A stretch of DNA of 64,000 nt, taken from the NCBI GenBank assembly GCA_963845185.1, contig CAWJRG010000005.1, positions 384,001 to 448,000 on the forward strand. Reading direction: 5' to 3'. Within the stretch, counting starts at the first letter, position 1. Each line of letters begins with the position of its first letter. Source of the stretch: an uncultured bacterium. GTDB taxonomy: Bacteria > Oederibacteriota > PGYV01 > CAWJRG01. The notes under the pieces are model-generated. The model was not told the origin of the DNA. It did no database searches and worked only from the letters and a program-made list of their open reading frames with translations. A program made the position numbers and the translations under genes. Shown piece by piece: positions 9,954-19,622 of this stretch.

Positions 9954-10442
9954 TCAACCTCTCTTGTGCTTCAGGTCGTCTTCGGCTGAGTCAAGATTTG
10001 CCTTTTTGATGTCGCTGAAGCTTATTTCTGTGTTTTTGCCTTCCTGTTCTATGATAACTTTGTCATCCGTGACTTCCATGATATGTCCGGAAAAAACCGC
10101 CTGGTTGTCTACCAGCTGATGCAGGACTATTTTCACTCTTTCTCCTTTGAACCGCAGGAAGTCTTCTCTCTTTTTAAGCGGCCTGTCTGTCCCGGGCGAA
10201 GACACTTCCAGGAAATACCTCCCGGGGATAACGTCATTTACGTCCAGATCCAGGGCGATCTGCTCGCTTAAATTTGCGCAATCGTCAATACTTACGCTTC
10301 CTTTCTGCTTATCAATGACCACTTTTACGTAATAATTGCCTGCCTTGTTAACCTCGATTTCGGCAATTTCCATGAAATTGTCTTTTACTATAGGTTCTGC
10401 CACTTCTTTAATCTTTTCCTTTAAAATATCAAATGCTGTCAT
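9954..10442 (-). CDS. rimP: Ribosome maturation factor RimP
   Basis: IDDC and YFLEVSSPG.DRPL motifs. Confidence 0.97.
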   Translation of the reverse strand: MTAFDILKEKIKEVAEPIVKDNFMEIAEIEVNKAGNYYVKVVIDKQKGSVSIDDCANLSEQIALDLDVNDVIPGRYFLEVSSPGTDRPLKKREDFLRFKGERVKIVLHQLVDNQAVFSGHIMEVTDDKVIIEQEGKNTEISFSDIKKANLDSAEDDLKHKRG

Positions 10443-10462
10443 ATTGCACCCGTTTAAAAATC

Positions 10463-10491
10463 AAAAAGTGGGGTTTAATCTTGCCCCACTT
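10463..10491 (-). promoter_or_regulatory. rimP leader hairpin (NusA autoregulation-type attenuator)
   Basis: AAGTGGGG-loop-CCCCACTTTTTG about 20 nt upstream of rimP, resembling the conserved rimP leader stem with a U tract. Confidence 0.7.
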
Positions 10492-10717
10492 CGCGTGTAA
10501 AAGGCTCATGTCTCTAAAACTTCATCTTCAGTCAAAATAATACTATCACAAACAAGCCTGTTTTTCAAGCTTGTTTTTCAATAGGGTTTTATCCTGTAGA
10601 ACGCCTTTGCAAAATCAGATATTCTATATTCATGATTTTACAGGCAAAAATATGGAATTTTCCAAAAATATTGGAAAATCCTGTAACTAATTGACCCAAT
10701 AAAAATTTTTCCCTGCT

Positions 10718-10969
10718 TTAAGCAGTGACCTTATAAACAACATCACCTTTTCTTACGTGGTCTTTTACCTTTATGCCGACTGAGTCTCCTTTTTTGGCGT
10801 TCTGCATTGGTTTGTGGTCAATCTGCATTGAGTCAACTGTCTGGGTGATATCAGTGGTATGGCCTTTTATGTGTATTGTATCACCGACTGCAAAATCGCC
10901 TTCTACCTTGAAAGCAGCCACGCCCACTTTTGCAAAAAAATCATCTACCTCGCCGATTTTAACTTCCAT
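10718..10969 (-). CDS. Small translation-factor beta-barrel (EF-Tu domain II-like) protein
   Basis: IGEV...F.KVGVAA...VGDTIHIKGHTTD..Q.V.SMQI.H...A.KGD.VGIKV pattern; GGAGGTG RBS. Confidence 0.85.
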   Translation of the reverse strand: MEVKIGEVDDFFAKVGVAAFKVEGDFAVGDTIHIKGHTTDITQTVDSMQIDHKPMQNAKKGDSVGIKVKDHVRKGDVVYKVTA

Positions 10970-10984
10970 TTTCTCACCTCCCTT

Positions 10985-11136
10985 GATTTCGTTTACTTTG
11001 CCAATCCGTCAACAGGAGCAGGCAAAGTATTACGAAATCATGCACCCGTTCCAGTTCGAGGTCATTAGGCCGAGAACAAGTGGTGCTATCTTAGTACCCG
11101 CTCCAGTCCGAGGCTTTAGCCAGGGACAAGCGGTGC
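10985..11136. repeat. Two-hairpin dispersed element, copy A (hairpin 1 duplicated)
   Basis: Homologous to 56123-56217 and, inverted, to 50918-51013. Confidence 0.8.
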
Positions 11137-11158
11137 TTGATATCATATAATTTTATCT

Positions 11159-11287
11159 GTAGAAACGTTTTGCAAAACGTCTTCTCTACGTTTAATTATA
11201 ATTCATTTTGTTCTTGTAGGGGTAATTCACGAATTACCCCGTCTTTGTCTTTTCTTTCGTTTTGGGCGATTCATGAATCGCCCCTAC
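11159..11287. repeat. GTAG-type REP palindromes, including an inverted REP doublet (REPIN-like)
   Basis: GTAGAAACGTTTTGCAAAACGT...CTAC (11159-11189) and GTAGGGGTAATTCACGAATTACCCC...GGGCGATTCATGAATCGCCCCTAC (11216-11287). Confidence 0.8.
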
Positions 11288-11331
11288 TTTTTCTTATATT
11301 CGAATTATACCATTAATATGTAATTCTATTG

Positions 11332-12165
11332 TTACTTGTTAATCTTTAAATCAATTTCTTTAATCATATCGTAAGCCGTGGTATCTCCGAGGTCTCCCGC
11401 GGTTTTATAATCTTCCAGCGCTTCTTTATATTGCTTCAACGCTTCTTCAGCAAACCCGCGGCCATGAAAAGCATGCGCGAATTTCGGGTTAAGTGATATA
11501 GTTTTAGTGTAATCATTAATAGCGCCAATATAGTCGCTCAGGTCTGTTTTCGCATTTCCGCGGTTGTAAAAAGCCTTTGCGTATCCGGCATTCAACGCTA
11601 TGGCTTTATTGAAATCCCTGATGGCACCTCCATAATCGCCGAGGTTGCTTTTAGCGAGCCCGCGGTTATTATAAGCAGCGTCATACTGCGGGTCAAGTTC
11701 AATGGCTTTGGTACAATCCTCGATGGCACCCTTAAAGTCTCCGAGATTGTATTTGGATATCTGCCTGTTAATATAAGCCACGGTATATTTAGGGTCGAGT
11801 TCTATTGCCTTGCTGAAATCCTTTATTGCACCCGCGTAATCATTGAGGTTGTTTTTTGTAACTCCCCGGTTAACGTAAGCATGTTCGTCTTTGGGGTCAA
11901 GTTCAATGGCTTTGTTATAGTCTTCGAGCGCTTCTTTAAATTTTCCCATGTTATTTTTAGCATTTCCCAGTTTATCGTAAGTCAACGCGTAATTCGAGCC
12001 AAGTTCTATGGCCCTGTTAAAATCTTTAATTGCTCCTTTATAGTCGCCTTTATTATATTTCGTATTACCGCTTTCAAAATAGTAATTCGCGTCCTTGTGC
12101 TGCGAATAAACATTTGCAAAAAAAGCGAGACATATAATTACAAAAAGTTCTTTTTTCATAAACAT
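11332..12165 (-). CDS. Secreted TPR repeat protein
   Basis: Signal peptide and about seven 34-aa repeats of type AY.NRG....GDY.GAI.D..KAIEL.P. Confidence 0.92.
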   Translation of the reverse strand: MFMKKELFVIICLAFFANVYSQHKDANYYFESGNTKYNKGDYKGAIKDFNRAIELGSNYALTYDKLGNAKNNMGKFKEALEDYNKAIELDPKDEHAYVNRGVTKNNLNDYAGAIKDFSKAIELDPKYTVAYINRQISKYNLGDFKGAIEDCTKAIELDPQYDAAYNNRGLAKSNLGDYGGAIRDFNKAIALNAGYAKAFYNRGNAKTDLSDYIGAINDYTKTISLNPKFAHAFHGRGFAEEALKQYKEALEDYKTAGDLGDTTAYDMIKEIDLKINK

Positions 12166-12174
12166 TGCATGCTT

Positions 12175-12561
12175 CTATTCCAGCTGGATAAAAACAATCG
12201 TATTGCCGTAAAGGTCTGTCGCGTCTGCCTCTGTGCCGTATCCCATTTTTTTCGGTGGCATTTCAAATTTTACGCCTTTTGCGCTTAATTCTTTGTAAGT
12301 CTTTTCGCAGTTCTCCACCTCAAATACCATTGTCGGATCATTGCCTATAAGTTTTTCTATGCTTTTCCTGTTCTCTCCCTCAAACCAGTCTGGCGACTGT
12401 AGCGTAATATCCACATTGTCGCCCGGCGCCGAAATTGTTATCCACCTTCGGTTTTCACCCATTGTTATGTCGGTTTTTTTTACAAACCCAAGCTTTTCTG
12501 TATAAAATTTTACCGCTTCATCCTGGTTTTTTACCCGCAAAGTAATTGTCTTCAGCCGCAT
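12175..12561 (-). CDS. VOC/glyoxalase family protein
   Basis: A.KFYTEKLGF, GVKF..PP and DLYGN motifs; ATG 12561 with GAGGTG RBS. Confidence 0.9.
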   Translation of the reverse strand: MRLKTITLRVKNQDEAVKFYTEKLGFVKKTDITMGENRRWITISAPGDNVDITLQSPDWFEGENRKSIEKLIGNDPTMVFEVENCEKTYKELSAKGVKFEMPPKKMGYGTEADATDLYGNTIVFIQLE

Positions 12562-12637
12562 CCTACACCTCATATTCCTTGTTTTGAAATTTTTCCTGCA
12601 AAAAGTATACTACGCAAAAACCGGCTTTCAATGAAAT

Positions 12638-14095
12638 TTAGTGGTCGTAATAATCGCCCAAATCCTTGAATTTTGAGCCGTCCCATTTATAAATAGATAT
12701 TATTTCCCCCCACGACCCGGAATATTTTGTTGACATGTCATTTGAATTTATACTGAATTTCCTGCCTATGATTTCCCTTGCTTCCTCAGGTATTCTTGCG
12801 ACAGATTTGGCGATAATTTCGACAATCCCGTCATTATTCAGGTCCTTAAAACAGACATATCCCTCCTGCCATGCGAATAATTTCAACTCGTTTTTTAAAT
12901 ATAAATCCGCCTTTAATGTTTTGACCGCTGTCTTTGATTCATAAACCGCGGTTTTGGCAGGGTCTTTTTTTACTGTGTAAAGGCTTGTGCTGTAACCCTC
13001 GTCATTCTGGATGCCAATTTTCAGGAAAACAGGCGAATTTTTGCCCAGGGTAATGAACTGGGCAGCTTCGGCCATGAATAAGAGCTCATATTGTGTTCCG
13101 ATTTTAATATAAACATTTGCGCCGTTTGTGCTGTCTTCATTTTCTTCGTCAGAGCCGTAATCAGCAATTAAAAATGTCTGCCCTGCTGTTTCAGCCTGGG
13201 ACAGGTCTGTTAAGTCTGTGCCGTCGTCCAGGCTGTCAGGTATATTGTATTTTGACGCGTCGTCCACGTCAAGGCTTGTCACAGGAAACACCTTTTCATC
13301 CGTATCCTCCGGGTCTGTATGAAGCAGGGGTTTGATATAACCAATCACCTCCCCGGGAATCGCGTCATTGTGCTTTTGAATCCAGAGCTGCATGAATATC
13401 GCGACTTTTTCGTCCTGGCTCGGGCTGAATTCAATTGCTTTGTTAAAATCATTTATGGCTCCGTTATGGTCGCCGATGTTTTCCTTTGCGTGCGCCCTGT
13501 TGTAATAAGGGTTAGGGTCTTTCGGTGAGAGTTCAATTGCTTTGTCAAAATCCTTTATGGCGCCTTTATAGTCACCGAGTTTGCATTTTACCAGCCCCCG
13601 GTTGAGAAAAGCCTCAATGTATTTCGGGTAAAATTCTATTGCTTTGTCGTAATCTTTTACTGCGCCGTCATAGTCGTGGAGAGAATCTTTCACGCCTGCC
13701 CGCTTATAATAAATCTCGTAATCTCTCGGGTTAAACCCTGTTTTTTTGTCAAAATCCCTGATGGCGGCCGCATAATCACCGAGTATTGCTTCTGCCTCCC
13801 CGCGCTTGTCATAAGCCGAAATAAATCCCGGTTCCAGCTTAATGGCTTTGCTGTAGTCTTTTACAGCGTCCGGGACTTTTCCGAGGTTGAATTTTGCCTT
13901 TCCCCGGTTGTAGTAAGTCATGGCGTCTTTCGGGTTCAGCTTGAGAGCCTTGTTATAATCAATAAGCGCGCCCGCGTAGTCGCCCGTGTTGAATTTCGTG
14001 TTCCCGCTTTCCGAATAATATTTTGCGTCTTTATCCAGGGGATAAATGTTCGTAAAAACCATGACGCAAATAAGAATTAAAAATATTTTTTTCAT
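12638..14095 (-). CDS. Secreted TPR protein with an unrelated C-terminal domain
   Basis: N-terminal TPRs paralogous to 11332-12165; C-terminal region with DLNNDGIVEI and IYKWDG (FG-GAP-like). Confidence 0.88.
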   Translation of the reverse strand: MKKIFLILICVMVFTNIYPLDKDAKYYSESGNTKFNTGDYAGALIDYNKALKLNPKDAMTYYNRGKAKFNLGKVPDAVKDYSKAIKLEPGFISAYDKRGEAEAILGDYAAAIRDFDKKTGFNPRDYEIYYKRAGVKDSLHDYDGAVKDYDKAIEFYPKYIEAFLNRGLVKCKLGDYKGAIKDFDKAIELSPKDPNPYYNRAHAKENIGDHNGAINDFNKAIEFSPSQDEKVAIFMQLWIQKHNDAIPGEVIGYIKPLLHTDPEDTDEKVFPVTSLDVDDASKYNIPDSLDDGTDLTDLSQAETAGQTFLIADYGSDEENEDSTNGANVYIKIGTQYELLFMAEAAQFITLGKNSPVFLKIGIQNDEGYSTSLYTVKKDPAKTAVYESKTAVKTLKADLYLKNELKLFAWQEGYVCFKDLNNDGIVEIIAKSVARIPEEAREIIGRKFSINSNDMSTKYSGSWGEIISIYKWDGSKFKDLGDYYDH

Positions 14096-14280
14096 TCGGG
14101 CTGTGCTCCTGTAAAAGTTATGTAAAAAAGTATACTACTGCAGGCAAAGGTTTTCAACGGGATTTATTCAAAACTTATTTGAAATACTGTACTTTTATAA
14201 TTGAAATCCAGCCGATTTTTGTTAAAATTACTTCAGGATACAGGAGGAAAACTTGGTTAAGATTAATAAATTAGTCAGGA

Positions 14281-15651
14281 TTGCGGATAAACCAAATAAT
14301 CGCGGCAATATCAGGATATTCTGGACTTTTCATTATTCTGCTTTTAACTGCTTTGTTATCATCTCTTATTTTTGCCGACAATAAGTTAAAATACCTCATC
14401 AACAATTCAAAAACAGCTGTTGTGGAAATATTTAATTACGGGCCGGACGGCAAAAAATACGGTCAGGGCACGGGATTTTTTATTAATTCAAAGGGGTATA
14501 TCGCAACAAACCTTCATGTTGTTCTCGACGCGGCGGATATAAGCGTAAAAACTTCTGCAGGCGAGGAATACAGGATTGACAAAGTAATAAACACAAGTGC
14601 CGAATCAGACATTGTTATTTTCTCTGTAAAAGGCGTTGAAAGCAGGAAATACTATCTCCCTGTAATATACGGCAAAGCCGAAGTCGGGGATGAGGTGATA
14701 GTAATAGGAAACCCCATGGGCCTGGAACAAACAGTTTCAAACGGCATTGTTTCGGCTGTAAGGGACTTTCCCGAATACGGCCAGGTTTACCAGATTACGG
14801 CGCCTGTGTCCCCCGGGTTGAGCGGAAGCCCTGTAATTAATTCTTCTGGGGATGTGGTAGGCATTGCTACCATGGTATATAAAGAGGGCCAGAACCTGAA
14901 CTTTATCGTGCCCGGTTACAAGCTTTTGGGGCTTTTAAAAAATCCGGATAAAATAATGGCGTTTAATTTCTGGAGAAAAGACGGGGTCGGTTATATGCCC
15001 AGCACCTCTGACGGCCTTCTAAGGCTGGGGTTCATTTATTATAATTCAAAAGAATACAATAAAGCCCTGGAATGCGCCTCGTTAATAATGAAAAAAGACC
15101 CGAAATTTGCCAAGGGCTGGTACCTTGCCGGGAAAAGCGCGTTTGAAGCAGGAAACCATGACTATGCAGTTAAATCCCTGCAATACGCTTCGTCGCTTGA
15201 CCCTGAAATGGCCGATGTGCACAATGACCTCGGCATAATGTACGAAAAAATGGACATGATTCCGGATGCGACAGAGGAATATTTCCGCGAGATAGACAAG
15301 CATCCGGAAAACCCGGACCCATATTATAACCTCGCTACCGTATATGAGGAAAGCGGCAGCATAGATGACGCTGTTGAAATAATAAAGCAGGGCCTGATTA
15401 AGTGCGAGAATACTTCTGAACTGCACGCCAGGCTGGGTTTTCTTTATATATCGCTAAAGGACATTACGTCCGCGCTCCCGGAATTCAACACAGCAATAAG
15501 CCTTGATAAGTCAAATCCTGAAGCATACTACGGCCTTGGTATCGCTTATATGAAAAACGGCCAGAAAGACGAAGCTATAAAAATTTACTATAAATTGAAG
15601 CAACTGGACGAAAAAGAGGCTGAAAAACTCTTTGCCGTGATATATTCCTGA
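14281..15651 (+). CDS. Trypsin-like (S1C) serine protease with C-terminal TPRs
   Basis: GTGFF, TNLHVV (His), SDI (Asp) and PGLSGSP (Ser), followed by TPRs. Start uncertain. Confidence 0.9.
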   Translation: MRINQIIAAISGYSGLFIILLLTALLSSLIFADNKLKYLINNSKTAVVEIFNYGPDGKKYGQGTGFFINSKGYIATNLHVVLDAADISVKTSAGEEYRIDKVINTSAESDIVIFSVKGVESRKYYLPVIYGKAEVGDEVIVIGNPMGLEQTVSNGIVSAVRDFPEYGQVYQITAPVSPGLSGSPVINSSGDVVGIATMVYKEGQNLNFIVPGYKLLGLLKNPDKIMAFNFWRKDGVGYMPSTSDGLLRLGFIYYNSKEYNKALECASLIMKKDPKFAKGWYLAGKSAFEAGNHDYAVKSLQYASSLDPEMADVHNDLGIMYEKMDMIPDATEEYFREIDKHPENPDPYYNLATVYEESGSIDDAVEIIKQGLIKCENTSELHARLGFLYISLKDITSALPEFNTAISLDKSNPEAYYGLGIAYMKNGQKDEAIKIYYKLKQLDEKEAEKLFAVIYS

Positions 15652-15676
15652 CACGGTATAAACTAAAGGAGAAAAA

Positions 15677-16297
15677 ATGTTAAAATATTTACGGCTTTTT
15701 ACAGTTGTTTTGCTCTTGTTTACTGCCATGGGATGCGCTTCAGCGCCGAGAATAAACGACAGGTACGGAAAAAATGTCGTGCTTGTATATGGCTTTATGG
15801 ATATAAAGGACTGGGATAAGCCCTATGCTCTCTGGATTGACTATATGAATTTCAAAAAAGTTGACCCTCCTTCAGAAACCCCTTATTATAAATTTTCATG
15901 GGTGCTGGGTACGGTTTTTTTCGGCTTTGTTGAGCCGGGATTCTACAGGCTTGAGAGTTTCGGTGCCAGGGGGCAGATAACAACAAAATTCTTTTTTATT
16001 AACTCCACCGACGAAGCAATAGTGCATTATAAAATCCCGATGCAGGGTAATGGCTTCAAGTTTGAAAAACCCGGGTTGAGTTATATAGGGTCTTACGAAA
16101 TAACAAATCAAGTTAAAGCTTTTGAGGATGCGACATTTGAAACAAGCAGGGTGTATTATCCTTCCGAAGAGGATATAATTGTCAGGCTGCTTGAAATAAC
16201 CGATAAAGGCACGTACTGGGAAAGCGTCCTTCAAAGGAGGCTCGCCCAGCTCAGGCAATGGCGGGAATATTATGAAAAAACCAGAAAAACAAACTAA
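15677..16297 (+). CDS. Hypothetical lipoprotein
   Basis: AAGGAG RBS and AMGC lipobox. Confidence 0.75.
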   Translation: MLKYLRLFTVVLLLFTAMGCASAPRINDRYGKNVVLVYGFMDIKDWDKPYALWIDYMNFKKVDPPSETPYYKFSWVLGTVFFGFVEPGFYRLESFGARGQITTKFFFINSTDEAIVHYKIPMQGNGFKFEKPGLSYIGSYEITNQVKAFEDATFETSRVYYPSEEDIIVRLLEITDKGTYWESVLQRRLAQLRQWREYYEKTRKTN

Positions 16298-16934
16298 ACT
16301 GTTGAAACAGTTTTTCAGGCTTGCCGTAGCTGTATTTTTAATAGCATCGTGCGCAAGCCCAAGCGCAAGGCGCATAACGGGGACAAATAATACCATCCCT
16401 GATGATTGTGTTGTTTTGGTCGGAAAATTTGTAATTGTCCCCCCTCCCGAAGGCTATGCGCGGCAGGCTTCTGTTTACATGGAAAACGGCTATATACATA
16501 TTGATCCGGGAGGAAGGTCCGATCTGGGCGGCCAGTTCCATATGTATCTCGATAAAATCATGAGGCCGTCAACCGAAAGAAGCGAAAAAGAGTACCGCGG
16601 CTGGTCCGGGGATATGCGCCTCATGGCATTTGAAAACGAAACTTTTTGCGTAATTTTAAAAAGGATGAAATATTTCGGCATTGCCGCTTCTTATTTTGCG
16701 GAAAGGAACGGGGAAGCGGAATTTATATATGTGCCTGCTTCATTCCCTATTGATGTCAGGGACGACGACAGGGCGATTTACATAGGCACAATCAAATATA
16801 CGCGGGACGAATATTACGACTGGAAGGATTTAAAGGTTATAGACGAGTACAACCAGGCATTGCCTGCATTCAGGCAAAAATTCGGTTCGTCAATAAGGCT
16901 GAGAAAAGCCCTTACTGCCTGGCTCGGCAATTAA
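16272..16934 (+). CDS. Hypothetical lipoprotein
   Basis: IASC lipobox; shares the C-terminal YIG motif with the preceding gene. Confidence 0.72.
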   Translation: MKKPEKQTKLLKQFFRLAVAVFLIASCASPSARRITGTNNTIPDDCVVLVGKFVIVPPPEGYARQASVYMENGYIHIDPGGRSDLGGQFHMYLDKIMRPSTERSEKEYRGWSGDMRLMAFENETFCVILKRMKYFGIAASYFAERNGEAEFIYVPASFPIDVRDDDRAIYIGTIKYTRDEYYDWKDLKVIDEYNQALPAFRQKFGSSIRLRKALTAWLGN

Positions 16935-16975
16935 TGATGAAAATTCCGCCGCTGGCGGCAGGAGAGGTGCAAAAA

Positions 16976-17380
16976 ATGAAAAAAATAATTGTAATAACCA
17001 TGGTTTCCCTGCTTTTGTTAGGTTCAATTCCTGTTTTTTCGATGTCGAACAACGACCCCCTTGCAAAAAAAGGATATACCAGGGACGATGTGGTTGCCCT
17101 GGCAAAAAACGAAGGCGAGGTCGCGGCAAACCCCAGGTCCTGCTTATGGGAAACTGTCGGCTGCCTTTTGCCGGTTTTAGGCCCGCTTATGAGTTGTTTT
17201 ATTTTGCCGCCAATCCCGGAAGACAGGCTGGTTGGTAAATCTTCAGCTTATGTCCAGGCATACATAGACGGTTATCAGTCTCAGGCAAGGTGGGACCAGT
17301 TTATGGCATCTGCAAATGGCTGTGAAATATGGGCGGCGTTGGGTATACTGTATCTTGGCTTGAAATTTTTTGTTAAATAA
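16976..17380 (+). CDS. Hypothetical secreted/membrane protein
   Basis: GAGGTG RBS, MKKIIV signal peptide and C-terminal TM. Confidence 0.72.
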   Translation: MKKIIVITMVSLLLLGSIPVFSMSNNDPLAKKGYTRDDVVALAKNEGEVAANPRSCLWETVGCLLPVLGPLMSCFILPPIPEDRLVGKSSAYVQAYIDGYQSQARWDQFMASANGCEIWAALGILYLGLKFFVK

Positions 17381-17430
17381 TTACATGTAGCATTACAAAT
17401 TCTATTTCAGTCTTAAAAAACTTTATTATT

Positions 17431-17477
17431 AATAAAAAAGGCAGGGACAAGCTTTTGCCTGCCCCTGCCTTTTTATT
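17431..17477. terminator. Bidirectional intrinsic terminator
   Basis: AATAAAAAAGGCAGGG...CCCTGCCTTTTTATT. Confidence 0.8.
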
Positions 17478-17526
17478 GACGTAAGCTAATTCAACTGACT
17501 CCGTCAGACAGTCCTGTCAGCCGGCT

Positions 17527-18516
17527 TTAGTATCCGAACACTTCTATTCTGGCATTGCCATTATCTGCCACATATACGTCCCCGCTGCTGTTTACTGCCA
17601 TCCCAACGGGCTCGTTAAACTGGCCATTGCCGGTTCCGTAGGTTCCCCATTGCGTTATATACACGCCCGCCGGCGTGAACTTTTGTATATTGTTGTTGCT
17701 AGCATCCGCGACAAGCACGTTCCCGTTTTTATCTACGCGCACTGCGTAAGGCGTGCCACTTCCGCCGCTGACTGACCATTGTGTAATATACACCCCTGTT
17801 GAAGTAAATTCTTCCACCCTGCTGTTGCCGCTGTCCCCCACATATACGTTTCCGCTGCTGTCAAGCGATATATACCCAGGATAGCTAAACTGGCCGTTGC
17901 CTGTTCCGTAGGTGCCCCATTGCGTTATATACGCATATAAAGAACTGAACTTTTGTATCCTGTTATTATTAGCATCCACTACATATATGTTCCCGCTACT
18001 GTCAATTGCTACTCCCCACGGCCCGTCGAACTGGCCGTTGCCTGTTCCGTAGGTGCCCCATTGCGATATATATGCCCCTGTTGAGCTGAATTTTTGCACC
18101 CTGCTGTTGCTCCAATCCGAAACATATACGTTCGCATTGCTGTCTACCGCAATGCCCCATGGTTGGTTAAACAGCCCGTTGCCACTGCCACCGGTGCCCC
18201 ATTTCGTTATATAGACACCCGCCGATGTGAATTTTTGCACGTTATTATTATTAGAGTCAGGTACATATACGTTTCCGTTGCTGTCTATTGCGACATCAGA
18301 CGGGCTGCTAAACTGCCCATTGCCGGTTCCGTTGCTGCCCCACTGTGCCTTATACGGCAACGGTGTAGTAATAGCGGTTTGTGTCGCTGCCACATTCGGT
18401 GTGTTTGTAGCCGCCGCCCCTCCTGATGATGTCGGGCTGCTTTTTTTGCTGCATCCGCAGATACTGATTAAAGCAATAACACAAATCACTAACACAAAAA
18501 AAAGAACTTTTTTCAT
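17527..18516 (-). CDS. NHL-repeat beta-propeller lipoprotein
   Basis: Lipobox GCSKK, Thr/Pro linker and six QWG..G.GNGQF..P.G.A.DS.GN.YV.D repeats. Confidence 0.93.
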   Translation of the reverse strand: MKKVLFFVLVICVIALISICGCSKKSSPTSSGGAAATNTPNVAATQTAITTPLPYKAQWGSNGTGNGQFSSPSDVAIDSNGNVYVPDSNNNNVQKFTSAGVYITKWGTGGSGNGLFNQPWGIAVDSNANVYVSDWSNSRVQKFSSTGAYISQWGTYGTGNGQFDGPWGVAIDSSGNIYVVDANNNRIQKFSSLYAYITQWGTYGTGNGQFSYPGYISLDSSGNVYVGDSGNSRVEEFTSTGVYITQWSVSGGSGTPYAVRVDKNGNVLVADASNNNIQKFTPAGVYITQWGTYGTGNGQFNEPVGMAVNSSGDVYVADNGNARIEVFGY

Positions 18517-18543
18517 TTTTCTCCTCCTTTTTAAGATTTTTAA

Positions 18544-18666
18544 GTGGAACCCCGCCGACTGAAGTCGGCGGCTCCTCTAAAACTCACCGGAGGTTATAAA
18601 GAGTTCCCTCCGGAAAGGTATCATTCATCCCACCAACTGAAGTTGGGGGATTTCTTTCTGGATTAA
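18544..18666. mobile_element. Non-autonomous IS200/IS605-end-like element (PATE-like)
   Basis: Two subterminal hairpins with CTGAAG loops (CCGCCGACTGAAGTCGGCGG; ATTCATCCCACCAACTGAAGTTGGGGG) and no ORF. Confidence 0.7.
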
Positions 18667-18811
18667 TACTTTTCATAAGTTTACCCATCAAAAATTATTT
18701 TGTCAAGTTGTTTCCCCGCTTGTGTTTCCCCGCTTGCTGAAACCTTCTTGACTTGCCTGCGACTGCATGATATTCTTTACTGGTTTTTAACAAGAAAATC
18801 AGGAGGATTTT

Positions 18812-19513
18812 ATGAACACGGAATTCTGGGTTCTTATGGCAACGGCCCTGAGCGTCGGCGCGATTCATACAATACTCGGGCCGGACCATTACGTACCCCT
18901 GATAGCCCTTGCAAGGGCGCACAAATGGAGCAGGCCAATGGCTATTTTTATAACTACGGTCGGCGGCATAGCCCATGTGCTTTCTTCGATAATAATCGCG
19001 GTTGTCGGCGTTTTTCTGGGAAGGACCATTTTTGATATAAAAACAATCGAGTCTTACAGGAATGATATTGCGGTATGGCTGCTTTTGATTTTCGGATTCA
19101 CTTACCTGGTCTATGGTATATATGTGGCAATAAGGAACAAACCCCACGAGCACGCGCACATTCACGAAGGCGGCGAATCGCACACCCACTTGCATTCTCA
19201 TCAGGACAGCCACAGTCATGTCCATAAACTCAAAAGCAATTTGTGGATACTTTTCCTGCTTTTCGCGCTTGGCCCGTGCGAGCCGCTTATCCCTATAGTA
19301 ATGTATCCTGCTGCAAGGGGAAATGTACTGGAGGCACTAGCGGTTTCCCTCGTTTTCAGCACAGTAACAGTAATTATAATGCTTGGGGTTGTTTCTTCCG
19401 CCTTATTCGGGCTGTCAAAGCTTCCGACAACAAAGTTTGAAAGGTATTCACATTTGATAGCAGGCTGCGTGATTTTCCTGACCGGAATAGGAATTAAATT
19501 TCTGGGATTGTGA
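18812..19513 (+). CDS. Nickel/cobalt transporter-like membrane protein (UreH/RcnA-like)
   Basis: H..LGPDH motif, His-rich loop HEHAHIH...HSHVH, PCEP and about six TMs. Confidence 0.85.
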   Translation: MNTEFWVLMATALSVGAIHTILGPDHYVPLIALARAHKWSRPMAIFITTVGGIAHVLSSIIIAVVGVFLGRTIFDIKTIESYRNDIAVWLLLIFGFTYLVYGIYVAIRNKPHEHAHIHEGGESHTHLHSHQDSHSHVHKLKSNLWILFLLFALGPCEPLIPIVMYPAARGNVLEALAVSLVFSTVTVIIMLGVVSSALFGLSKLPTTKFERYSHLIAGCVIFLTGIGIKFLGL

Positions 19514-19530
19514 CAGTCTTCTTCTGCATC

Positions 19531-19570
19531 AAACAAAAAAGCCCGGAGTAAAATCCTCCGGACTTTTTAT
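19531..19570. terminator. Bidirectional intrinsic terminator
   Basis: AAAAAAGCCCGGAG...CTCCGGACTTTTT. Confidence 0.75.
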
Positions 19571-19622
19571 TTTCTATATTTTCAACTCTCCACTTTCACC
19601 TGTTCAACTATCTCGCGAAGCG

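Noticed and set aside
14812..14832. Inactive protease (GLSGSP instead of GNSGGP)
   Set aside because: The catalytic Ser position and the His and Asp motifs are retained.
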